Of a DNA stretch of 64,000 nt, positions 37,270 through 48,296 are shown in pieces (the stretch's first letter is position 1; every line of letters starts with the position of its first letter). The DNA comes from Octopus sinensis. Lineage: Eukaryota. Made by a program: the position numbers and the translations under genes. Under the pieces are notes generated by a model that ran no database searches, was not told where the DNA came from, and saw nothing but the letters and a program-made list of their open reading frames with translations. The stretch spans positions 107,632,001 through 107,696,000 of the forward strand of contig NC_042997.1 in the NCBI RefSeq assembly GCF_006345805.1, given 5' to 3'.

Positions 37270-38385
37270 TATGGAGTTACCAGGATTTTGTGTGGAAGCT
37301 AGAATCAAAAGGCCTTTGAGTAAATATAGCAGAGACCAAAGTTATAGTAAGCAGGAAGGCGAACTCATCACACACACCCTCAGGTAGGTGGCCCTGCTTG
37401 ATCTGTAGAAAAGGTGTAGGTAGAAACTGCATAAGATGTATCCAGTGTAAGCTATGGACTCATAAGAGGTGCAGCAACATCAAAGGAAAATTAACCGAGA
37501 AGATAGCTTTCGTGTGCAGCAGATGCACAGGGGCAATAGACTCCACAGATACTCAGAAAACAGATTCCCTCACATTCCAGGGGGAGAAACTAGAAGTAGT
37601 TGATAGTTTCTGCTACCTAGGTGACCAAGTTAGTTGTGGAGGTGGATGCTCAGAGAGTGTCACCACTAGAATACGAATAGCCTGGGCAAAGCTTAGAAAG
37701 CTTCTACCCCTACTGGTGACAAAGGGTCTCTCGCTCAGAGTGAAAGGTAGATTGTGTGATGCATGTATGCAAACTGCCATGCTTCACGGTAGTGAAACAT
37801 CGACTCCGACTGCAGAAGACATGCGCAGGTTTGAAAGGAATGAAGCTAGCATGATCTGCTGGATGTGTAATGTCAGTGTGCACACACGACAGAGTGTAAG
37901 CGCTCTGAGAGAAATGCTGGACATAAGAAGCATCGGATGTGGTGTGCAAGAGAGACGTTTGTGCTGGTATGGTCATGTACTACGGATGGATGAGGAGAGA
38001 TGTGTGAAGAAGTGCCACTCCCAAACAGTTGGAGGTATCCGGGGGAGAGGTAGACCCAGGAAGACATGGGATGAGGTGGTCAAGCATAATCTTTGAACGT
38101 TGGGCCTCACAGAGGCAATGACGAAAAAGACCGAGATCTCTGGAGATATGCTGTGACCCGACAAATAATGTGAGGTCATTGCTGTTTCCTGCACCATTTT
38201 CGCATAACCCCAGCCCATCCAAAGTACCTTGGATTGAAGAACGACCTGCTGTACTTACCTTGGATCGTAGGGTAACCTGCTGTGCTTGAGGAGACCTATC
38301 GAGTCAAGTACATCAACATCAAAATAAATATCAAATGGAAATTGTGGAAAACGAACGTTAAACGATGATGATGATGATGATGATG
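37270..38385 (+). mobile_element. RTE LINE 3' portion with intact PHD finger in RT
   Basis: LESKGL*VNIAETKV...SGRWPCLICRKGVGRNCIRCIQCKLWTHKRCSNIKGKLTEKIAFVCSRC...LEVVDSFCYLG...RGRPRKTW. Open from about 37398 to 38096, with a (GAT)n tail. Confidence 0.92.
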
Positions 38386-39000
38386 AAAACGCTTAGCTTT
38401 ACATCAAATCAGACCTCAATGGCCAGCAGTCTATAACCTCTCTTCAAAGTTGAGGAAGAAAAGAGCCTGTGGCTAGTTGTTGAGCACACAGATAAAGGAA
38501 AAGGGTCAGCACCAGGAATTGTCTCCCTTAGACCACTATCCAGAATCCACCCCCGTCAGCTTGCAGGTCCCAGGATTTCAGTTGGAACCGTCTGAAATGT
38601 AAGCAGGGTCCAAAGACTTCCGTCCTGGAATTTAAGATGTTCCCTGGGTTGAGGAAGTTCTTTAATATTCCCACCTGTTCAGCTCTGCACAGCTTGAAAT
38701 GTTTGCTCCTGTTGGTATAGGGACCTAGTTTTTCTAGGATCTTCCATGAGATTACGTGTAGAGTCCTTTTGTCCTTCAGGCACCACACATGGCTGGCCAA
38801 GGATGTGGCACATTGTCTCTGTGGAATCCTAAATGAGAATCTGTGGTTGGAGAGGCACAGTTCCTTTGTGTGTTCAACAACTAGCTATGAGGTCTGTTCT
38901 TCCTCCACTTTGAAGAGAGGTTATAGGCCACTGACCATTAGGGTCTGATGAGACGTTGTAAAGCTAAGTGCTTTATGGACGTGAAACCCTGGGTAACCTC
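38386..39000 (-). mobile_element. Penelope-like element fragment: GIY-YIG C-terminus flanked by inverted pseudo-LTR copies
   Basis: ORF 38528-38800 reads LASHVWCLK...ISWKIL...PY...KLCRAEQVGIL...LNSRTEVFGPCLHFRRF, a PLE endonuclease C-terminus. 38386-38500 and 38861-38975 are inverted repeats. Confidence 0.8.
38939..39000 (+). ncRNA. Type I hammerhead ribozyme motif (one stem II base missing)
   Basis: Stem I gggt/acct. Core CTGATGA at 38945-38951. Long stem II. GAAA at 38983-38986. Stem III ACC/GGT. GUA cleavage triplet at 38993-38995. Confidence 0.7.
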
Positions 39001-40461
39001 ATAGATCGGCCATAACTATCTTTAATTACTCTACTGCTCTATAACTTAGTGCACTTCTCCTTCAGACTTATGACTTACTGACAATACATAGATATGATTT
39101 GTTTATAGTGATCAGATGTTTGTGTAGACATAAGCTCACTCCCTCCATCAGATTGACATTACCTGTACAGGTGCAAAGGTTGTTGCGTGTCAGATATCGA
39201 AATGATAGCAGAGCAACTTACTGGCATGTGTTGGACAAAGGAAAAAAACAATAACTTTCAGAAAATTAAATTTAAAAAAAGTTACAAGAAATTTCTCTGA
39301 TAATCATCTTTTATTTTGATAAAAGTTTTTCAATTCTGAAGAATGTTATGCTCATAGACTGCTATGGCTTACAATACTGAAAATTAAAAAAAAAAACAGG
39401 ATTCTACAATACTCCAGTTGGAATAATGTCTGTGTTTAAATTTACAGGGTCATGTGATAAAAGGGGATGTCCTTTCTTAACAGGAGGGAAATATTTGACA
39501 AACCCTTTCAATTCATAAATTAAAGATTTATTGTTCCATTACTCCTTGATTGATGACAAAAAATAAACAAAAAAAAAACCCAACAAAGTTTATTTTGCCA
39601 AATATTAAAGTAAAGGTCTTTAGTTTAGATTGTAGAAACAATGTCACTGCTCATGATAAACACTTCACTGGCACTGCCTTTGTTTGGAATAATTTTTACC
39701 CATTTTTTTATTTTTCATATTCTGAATGTTCTGGAGACACAATTTAAAAATGGATTTAAATTTTATCAACCAATCACCTCTACTGTTCAATATTTCCTGT
39801 TTTAGTATCCACTCCAATTGTTACTAAATATCAATAATTCATATATAATAGCCTTGTTCCCGATGGTTTGCTATGATGGATCATTCAAAGTTCCTTAATT
39901 CCATGTGAAATATGAGAGAGCAGACTCACACAATAAGTTTGCTTTAACAGTTGCATGTCACTTCACTTTCAGCTCAAAATCCTGTCACACCCAAAGCACT
40001 GTATTCTACAGAATAAGGTAGGTTTCTCATCGACTTTCATGCTGAAGGAAATGGTAGAAACCTCAGCTTTATGAGCTGAGTTTGTTTAATATAATAGAAA
40101 ATATAGAAAACACAGTATTTATGATGTGATTCAATTTAATTTTTGAGTTGCTTCCTCACTTATTTCAGATATAAAATAAATTATTTACCACAATCGTAAA
40201 TGTCTAAAAGTGGTTATTCTCTCTCTCTCTTTCTCTCTCACACACAAGACAAAAATATAAGTGAAAACATGATTTTGAGGCATTTTGCCAAAAGTTGTGT
40301 GAATTGACAAGAGCTTGTTTACAAGGCAAGAAGGTCCCGTTACTGTTTTGTTTATATAAACAAAAGTGATGCTGGGAACTGAAATCTCATCACAGCTATG
40401 TACAGAGAGGGTGGGGGAGAGATGAGAAAGAAAGAAAGGAAGAGGCAGGCAACAGAAATAG

Positions 40462-40551
40462 TTAGGATTGTTTAGGGAAAAAATCAGAAGTGTTGAATAT
40501 CTCTGGTGGATGATACTGGTCTTGAGATTTATTTCTGGCAGCACTGTGTTT
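40462..40551 (-). CDS. BLOC1S4: BLOC-1 subunit 4 (cappuccino), exon 5 (last coding)
   Basis: Acceptor ttttctccag, then KHSAARNKSQDQYHPPEIFNTSDFFPKQS*. Resembles the family C-terminal Y.P..F.T.DYF motif. Confidence 0.85.
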   Translation of the reverse strand, partial: KHSAARNKSQDQYHPPEIFNTSDFFPKQS

Positions 40552-41737
40552 CTGGAGAAAAGAAAAATATAAATAACATAAAACATTGATCACGATTATA
40601 ATTTACACACACACACACACACATGCAAATGCACACACAAACACACACATGCAAGCATATGCACACACACTCACACACATTGGTGTTGGTTTTATAAATC
40701 AATGATAAAGATTAACCTTTATTATAAATTACAATTGATATGTTAATACAGAAATTGCCCAACTGAAAATCAGAACACTCCCCACAAAACCTACATCTGC
40801 CATATAACTGTCGCTCTGTTGGTTATGATGATGATGAGGTTCTTGTTGATCTGCCTGCTCCTGGAATGAACATGTAAGTGGCAGAACACTCTAGAAACAT
40901 GTATATCCTCAACATAATTCTCAGAGAGATTCAGAATGACACAGAACACGACAATGCTGGCCCTTCAAATTTTTGCCCACATTTTTGCCAGCGGATTGAA
41001 GTGAAGCAACATGAAATAAAGTGTTTTGCTCAAGGACACAACACACTGCTGGGAATTGAACTCACAACCTTTCAATTGTGAGCCAAAAACCCTAACCATT
41101 AAACTATGCACTTTCACAATATATCCACCAAAGCTCAAAGGAAATGTTACCTTTCTGTAGACAAAATTAATCCTATTTCCTAATAAAGAAGGTGGGTGCA
41201 GCCATCTGGTTTGCCAGCCCTCAGTCAAAATTGACCAACCCATGCTAGCATGGAAAGCAGACGTTAAATGACAATGATGATGATGATGATGCGTGTTTCA
41301 TTAAACAGTGAAAATACTGCTTCTTAATCTTTTCAACATGTACCACTTCGTTTGCTTTGCTAACAGAAAAAATACTGCTTGGCGTTTATCATACTTGATA
41401 TAATTCTACAGGGTGGAAACCCACGAGCACTAAATAAATCTCATCTTGGATTCTCAACTTCTGAAGGAATTATAGGGGTGATGTTGTGACAAACTGCACA
41501 CAGTTTTCTCCATCGACCAAAGTTGTGCAACAGAGCTCAGATCTCTGCAAACAATTTATCTGTCTATTCCTTGGTGATGTCTATCTTTTCCTCTGTCCAC
41601 TTTTCCTTCTTGCCCCTTCTGCAGTTCTTTGAAGAATGGTTTTCACATTGCCATTGGATCTTATATGGCATTTTCATTTCACCTTTCTTTTCTTCACCAT
41701 TATAAGACTATCTTCATGGAGACCAATGTGATGCTGG

Positions 41738-42125
41738 ATCATCATCATCATCGTTTAACGTCCGCTTTCCATGCTAGCATGGGTTGGACGATTTGACTGA
41801 GGGCTGACGAACCAGATTCCAAAGATTCCAATCTGATCTAGCAGAGTTTCTACGGCTGGATGCCCTTCCTAACGCCAACCACTCCAAGACTGTAGTGGGT
41901 GCTTTTACGTGCCACCGGCACGAGGGCCAGTCTGGCAGTACTGGCAATAACGATGCTCAAATGGTGTTTTTTATGTGCCACCTGCACAGGAGCCAGTCCA
42001 GCGGCACTGGCAATGACCTCACTCGAATGTTTTTTTCATGTGCCACCAGCCCAAGTGCTAGTAAGGTGATGCAGGTAATGATAACGCTCGAATGGTGTTT
42101 TTAACGTGCCATCAGCTAGATGGTC
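41738..42125 (-). mobile_element. RTE (GAT)n-family 3' UTR (intronic)
   Basis: (CAT)n tail plus four ttttt..gtgcca modules. Confidence 0.85.
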
Positions 42126-42129
42126 CTGC

Positions 42130-43620
42130 AAACCTGCTCATTGGTAATGTGGTGCAAGCACGAGAGACCTTAGATGTTGCAGTGTCAATCCTTCCAATAC
42201 CTGTACCCTCCTCTCAGTGTCTGCTATGTAAGTCCATATCTCTTATGCTGCAGAAAGATGGAAAGTACCAGAGTTCACAGAAGTGTTAGTTTGTTGTTCT
42301 CAGTGGTGTTCCTGTCCCTTCTTATTGGTTTGAGTCTGATGAGCACAGTCATTGTCTGCAAAGTTCTTCCAACGATTTCAGCTTTTAACATTTTACCAGT
42401 AGTAATTGTTCCCAGATATTTCAACTGTTGCCATATCTTTACTTCCTGCCTTTATACAGAGATGTCTGTTAAGATGGTAACATTAATATTTGTCATGAAT
42501 TTAGTGTTTACAACACTGTTTCCCATCCCAGACTTGGTGGAAGTTCTATTAAGGTGCTTGACTATTTCACTTTCCTTACCCTCACTGGCATCAACAAATC
42601 TTGAATGTTTTTCCCTCCAACACTGACTGTCGTCCACATGGTCTTCAAGAGCATTGCTTGTAATCTGTTCAATGTGGAAGAGAGGAGGTAACCCTGGAAG
42701 ACTCCTATGGTGGTATGGAACCACTCTCTGATAAGGTGGCAAGCTGGCAGCATCATTAGCACGCCGGGCGAAATGCTTAGCGATATTTCGTCTGCCACTA
42801 CATTCTGAGTTCAAATTCCGCCAAGGTTGACTTTGCCTCTCATCCTTTCGGGGTCGATTCAATAAGTACCAGTTACGCACTGGAGTCGATATAATCGACT
42901 TAGTCCGTTTGTCTGTCCTTGTTTGTCCTCTCTGTATTTAGCCTCTTGTGGGTAGTAAAGAAATAGGTATGGAACTACTCTCTGATGGTACCTTGAAAGA
43001 GTACTGCACTGGTTGCTTTGGTATAGAGATGTTGGATACAATGGCTCAACTTCTGTCCCAAGCTGAATTTCTTCATCATGACCCATAGAGCATTATGTCA
43101 CACTATCAAACACCTACCTAAAATCTATAAAGACATGGTGGATTTCCTTTTGGTGTTGAAGGAATTTATCATAGAGGGGCTAGAATATCTCCTCAGCAGT
43201 GTTTTTACTTTTAGGGAAACCTACTTGTCTCTTGGCTATGGTTTCTTCTTCCTAGGGTCACATTATTTTCAAAGTGAGTCTGAGTGTTTCTTTACTTGCA
43301 TGGCTGATAATATTAATGGTGTGGTAATTCTGGTCTGTCTTCCTCAGAAAATGTTATGATCAGTGACAGAGTTGGCCAGTCACTAACCTGACAGATTTTG
43401 TTGCAGAAGGTCTTACGGCTGTCTCTTGTGCTTTCATCGTTTGTATTTCAGTAGGGATGTTGTTAACTTCTATTGATTTTTAAACTTGTCAGAGACCTTG
43501 CTACCGATTTAACTTGCTTTCACATGGCTCAATAGTCATCAGCATTGGAAGGGTCCTCTCGGTTGGACAGGTTTAGATTTTCATTGTTCCACTTCTGGAC
43601 CACACTACTTTGCTTTGAAT
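42130..43620 (-). mobile_element. Degenerate RTE LINE RT fragment in BLOC1S4 intron 4, interrupted by a SINE
   Basis: WFHTTIGVFQGYLLS and VSVGGKNI-type RT segments on the minus strand. Confidence 0.65.
42733..42966 (+). mobile_element. Full-length tRNA-derived SINE with 20-bp TSD
   Basis: Head ggtggcaagctggcag, B-box-like gagttcaaattcc, tail gtaaagaaatag. TSDs at 42713-42732 and 42967-42986 differ by 1 mismatch. Confidence 0.92.
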
Positions 43621-43755
43621 ACAAAAAATGTTAGACACAAAAAAAAAAAAGGAGAAAACCATTGATGCTGCTCCAGCATTGGCTGAATGATGTTATTTAA
43701 ACTAACCAAGATACATTAATCATGAAAATATGATTAAAAATTAATTGAAACTTAC

Positions 43756-43875
43756 TGGACTAACAAGAGAGGTAATCATCTTCTTGATGCCGCTGAAAGA
43801 ACCCATCTTTGCTTCAGCTTTGTTCACTTGCTCTTCCATCAAACTGACATTTTTTGAAACAATTGTTACTAATTC
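43756..43875 (-). CDS. BLOC1S4: BLOC-1 subunit 4, exon 4
   Basis: Acceptor ttttgcag, ELVTIVSKNVSLMEEQVNKAEAKMGSFSGIKKMITSLVSP, donor gtaagt. Family motif MEEQV.KAEA. Confidence 0.92.
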
Positions 43876-44457
43876 CTGCAAAATGTTGAGAGAGAGAGAG
43901 AGAAATGGGAATAATTAATGACTTTCTCTTCTAACAAAAGAAGATGCCAACATGACAGATTATTTATGACAGACACGTTTATGTTATTGGTGTTTTGACT
44001 TCGGCCCCTGAGCCTTTCGCTTTAAATTAGCAATTTTATATTTGGGTCACATCTACAGCCATGTTACAAAGTATTTAGCTGTGTTATGTAGAAGCTGAGG
44101 ATAACAGCCAGCCTCTTTCCTGCTCTTTCTTGTCACCATCATCATTTAATGTCAACTTTCATGCCAGCCAACCAGCCAGAGGAATGCTATGAAGCTTTAT
44201 CGTCTGCTTTGGCACAGTTTCTATGGCTGGATGCTCTTCTGAATACCAACCATTCTACAGGGTGGACTGAGTGCTTTTTATGTGGAACCAGCACCAGTGA
44301 AGTCACCAGGTGACTTAAATGACATAAGACCCACTCAATTAGGAGGGGCAGTAATATGAGAGGAAGGTGGCTTTGTGTCAGTTGAGGAGGGGTTGAAGTA
44401 TAATGGGGAGATAGAGGTTGGTGTCTTGCTGAAGAGAAGATACATGGCTACTCCAAT

Positions 44458-44542
<85 letters not shown>

Positions 44543-44889
44543 AAGAGGTGGAGATGTGTCCAGATAAACCCTTAAGGTAAAGTAGGGAGAGAATTGGACA
44601 GGGTGAGTGGGCAGGGATGATAGAGGGGGAAGTTTCATAAGAGTGTGAGGAGAGGTGGTTAGAGATGGGGTAGGGGAGGCATGTTGCACTATACAAGAAT
44701 GGTTGGGACTTCTCAGAGTGGAGCTGAAAAGAGAAATAAGGATGAGGGTAACAGAAAGAATCATCAAGGTATAAGAAGTTGAAGGGAAGAGAGGGTGAGG
44801 ACGGAAGAGCCTGGAGGTTTCAAGAGTGTCTCTATAGAAAGAGGATTAGGGATTAGGAATTAAGGAGAAAAGAAAGATTAACAACATAC

Positions 44890-44991
44890 CTCAAGTTGAT
44901 CAATTTTAACAAATAATCGTTGCATCTCACTGGCTTTCACTTCAATCTCTGGCATAGTTTTATATAAACATAATGTTGTGTCTCCTCGAAT
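44890..44991 (-). CDS. BLOC1S4: BLOC-1 subunit 4, exon 3
   Basis: Acceptor aag, IRGDTTLCLYKTMPEIEVKASEMQRLFVKIDQLE, donor gtatg. Confidence 0.92.
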
Positions 44992-45184
44992 CTTTATTAA
45001 AAGAAAAAAAATGATATTTTTGACATTTTTAATAACATTTTCACTTCTATTTTAAATAATATTCAAAAATTAAAGGAAACAAAACCACCATTTATACCAG
45101 TAACGTTGAATGGTCACTGAAGGATGACCAAAATATGACATAACCAATAGCTCAAAGGACCATCATTATGACATACATTTAAGT

Positions 45185-45459
45185 CAGTGGTTGTCAAGCC
45201 GGGTCCACATGGCCTTTGAGGGGGGCAGTCCATATAAGATTCAGTTGTTAAAACTTATGAACAACAAATCGATTGTACTTCTGCAATATGCAAAACATTT
45301 TAACAAGATTTTTATACGACATCTAATAATATTTAATGTTTAATATTTAAACATACAAAAACATAAGGATTTTTTAAAACATCAAATGGCTATGAAGGTC
45401 CACCAGAGTAAAACAGGAAGCCAAGGGGTCCACAGACAAAAAATGGTTGAGAACCACTG
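45185..45459. mobile_element. hAT/Charlie-like MITE
   Basis: TIRs cagtggttgtcaa and ttgagaaccactg. The 8-bp TSD is only partly conserved (atttaagt/atttcttt). Confidence 0.65.
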
Positions 45460-46201
45460 ATTTCTTTTTTTGAAGTACATTTCCTTTATTTCAATTAATT
45501 TTGAAAATAATGTAGAATTTAGTAAAATGACTTTGGTCATTAATTAAGATGGTATTTGGAACATCAATTAACACGAAATATTGAAGGAAGGTTTTAGATC
45601 ACTTTAAAACAAGGAAATTTGTGTCACAGGATGAAGAATGGTCTCTGGCAGGCTGGTATCAAAGAGCTTACTTCATCACACGACCGATGTATTTTTTACA
45701 TTTAATATATGAACAACATGACATACAGTTAATACATCAAATGACTAATATATTGTATGTGTTGTTTTGGTAAGTTACTATTCCAATCTTGAGTTCTGTT
45801 ATGGTGGAATTAGGTATCGAGTTATTTAAAATAAGTTTTTCAATCTCTATAACAATGTTGGATATCAAGCTGAATAAGAGCTGAACAATGCTACTCCTAT
45901 ACCGGCTGTTGTTGTTGCTGTCACGAGAGGGGAAGGACAGTAGCTACACTCTTATCAGATCCACCTGACAGATGGAGCTGATGGTCAACTTGAATATTTA
46001 AAAGACAGGGTTTGTAGGCAAACATGGATAAGGTTGCTAAGGGTTCTGAGGAAGAAGAATCGAGTATTTAGTTGGAGGAGTTTTAGAACAGCAGTGAATG
46101 GGAGGAGGAGACAGCAAGGGCGACAAAGATGAGAAGACAGAGACGAAGAGAATATAGAGCTAGCTTGTTTAGAACAAAAGAGAATGTTATTGTAATGATA
46201 G

Positions 46202-46261
<60 letters not shown>

Positions 46262-46707
46262 TATGTCAGTTAACTAGATGTTAATCAATAAATCTTTGTT
46301 GATTAGTTGAACAGAAATGTGCCACAGTCCATACATTCATGACTATTTTACAGTTTGACAGATGGTTAATCAAAGACTACTAGCAGGATGCAAAGGGATA
46401 CAAATGAGAAATAGAACTAAATATCTTAAACAATTTTTTTAACATGGATAATGGAACAGTACCTTTAATGATTCTACAAAAAGAAAATAATTGTGTGTCT
46501 CCTTGACGTAATCTTTGTGTTACCACATGTAGCAACCACGATTGAAAACATGCCATTCTACTTCGTAAGGATAATTATAAGTACATCCCGAATTCTAGAA
46601 AAACCATACCCACAGTTTTATATGTTAGCACGCATTACACACTAGTATATACACAAAGCGAATTTAAAGCATACTTTCTTCTTTTTCAGAGAGGCATTGC
46701 AGTGAGT

Positions 46708-47462
46708 CATCATCATCGTGTAGTGTCTGCTTTCCATGCTAGCATGGGTTGGAAGGTTCAACTGGGGTCTGGGAAGCCAGAAGGCTGCACCAGGCCCAGT
46801 CTGATCTGGCAATGTTTCTATGGCTGGATGCCCTTCCTAACGCCAACCACTCTATGAGTGTAGTGGGTGCTTTTTACGTGCCACCGGCACAGAGGCCAGG
46901 CGAGGCTAGCAACGGCCACGGATGGATGATGCTTTTTATGTGCCACCGGCACTGAGGCCAGTTGGGGTGGCGCTGGCAATGGCCACGTTTGGATGGTTCT
47001 CTTATGTGCCACCGGCACTGGTATCACAGCTACAATTTCCATTGATGTTGATCGATTTCGATTTTTTCACTTGCCCCAACAGGTCTTCCAAAGTAGAGTT
47101 TTGTGTTCCAAGAAGGAAAGGTATGCATAAGTGGACTGGCTACATCCCAGGTAGAGGCCACAGGTTATGGTCTCACTTGTCCTGCCGGGTTTTCTCATGC
47201 ACAGCATACTTCCAAAGTCTTTAGTCATTTCCTTGGTGAGACCTAAAGTTCGAAGGTCATGCTTCACCACCTCGTCCCAGGTTTTCCTGGGTCTACCTCT
47301 TCCAAAGGTTCCCTCAACTGCTAGGGTGTGTCACTTTTTCACACAACTATCTTCATCCATTCTCGCCACATGACCATACCAGCACAAATGTCTCTCTTGC
47401 ACACCACAACTGATGTTTCTTAGGTCCAACTTTTCTCTCAAGCTACTTACACTCTGTCGAGT
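46708..47462 (-). mobile_element. RTE (GAT)n-family 3' end including ORF C-terminus and full 3' UTR
   Basis: Minus strand encodes the ...GRGRPRKTWDEVVKHDL... end. Three hairpin modules and the tail are present. Confidence 0.9.
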
Positions 47463-48224
47463 ATCGTGTGCATATTATAAACACACCAACCATTGACTCC
47501 TTACATCTCTTGATTGTACAAATCCACCACTGGCTGACAGCAACAGCATATTTATGACAGCCATCACTCTTCTAAATAGTTTGACTATCTGGATATTAAG
47601 AAGGAAGGGACAGGAAAATACAAGATTTGAATAAAAGAAACTTTATCTTCTTTGCTTTGTTTCCCTAATTCAACAATAACAATCTGAAAGTGAAAAAACA
47701 TTCTAAATTTCTTATAAAGAAACAGTGTCAATGAGAGCAAATCATTTAAATATTCCTTAAAGTATGAACAGAATCTGGTGGTTGAAGTTATCTTACAGAT
47801 TTGTTTCCCTTACATCATCATTATAAAACCACGAAAGAAAAAAAAATTTTAGTGATTTACAACTCTCATGTGATGTGAAAAGAGGCTTCTTTCAGTTTCC
47901 CAAATTCACTCACAAAGCTTTGCCCAACAAAGAGCTATAATAAAAGACTCTTTCCTAAAGTGTCATGTATTGGGACTGAATCTCAAACCAGGTAATTGGG
48001 AGAAGCAAACTTCTTGACCATACAACCATCTCTGTGCTTTTAAATCAGTGAAAATTTGCTGTGTGTGTAGTTTCCCATAATTTGTCTGTCCTTGTTAATC
48101 TCGATATCAGCAATTTCACTAGTTTTCTATCATTAACCTTCTTGTACAAAACCAACAAAAGTAGAAGCAATTTGCCAGGTATAGACTTGTGCTGCCACTA
48201 TAAACAATGACTTTCATATCTTAC

Positions 48225-48296
48225 CATATCAACAAGTCCACAGAACTCATCCAGTTTTGTTAGCATTTCTTCAATACTCTCAGCAAAATGAGTTTT
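48225..48296 (-). CDS. BLOC1S4: BLOC-1 subunit 4, exon 2
   Basis: Acceptor ttttccag, KTHFAESIEEMLTKLDEFCGLVDM, donor gtaag. Matches the family motif S(L/I)E.(L/M)L.(R/K).DEF.G..DM. Confidence 0.93.

Noticed and set aside
46866-47018. CRISPR-like repeat-spacer appearance
   Set aside because: The spacers are similar to one another, the unit is part of a LINE 3' UTR found in many copies, there are no cas genes, and the context is eukaryotic. It is a minisatellite.
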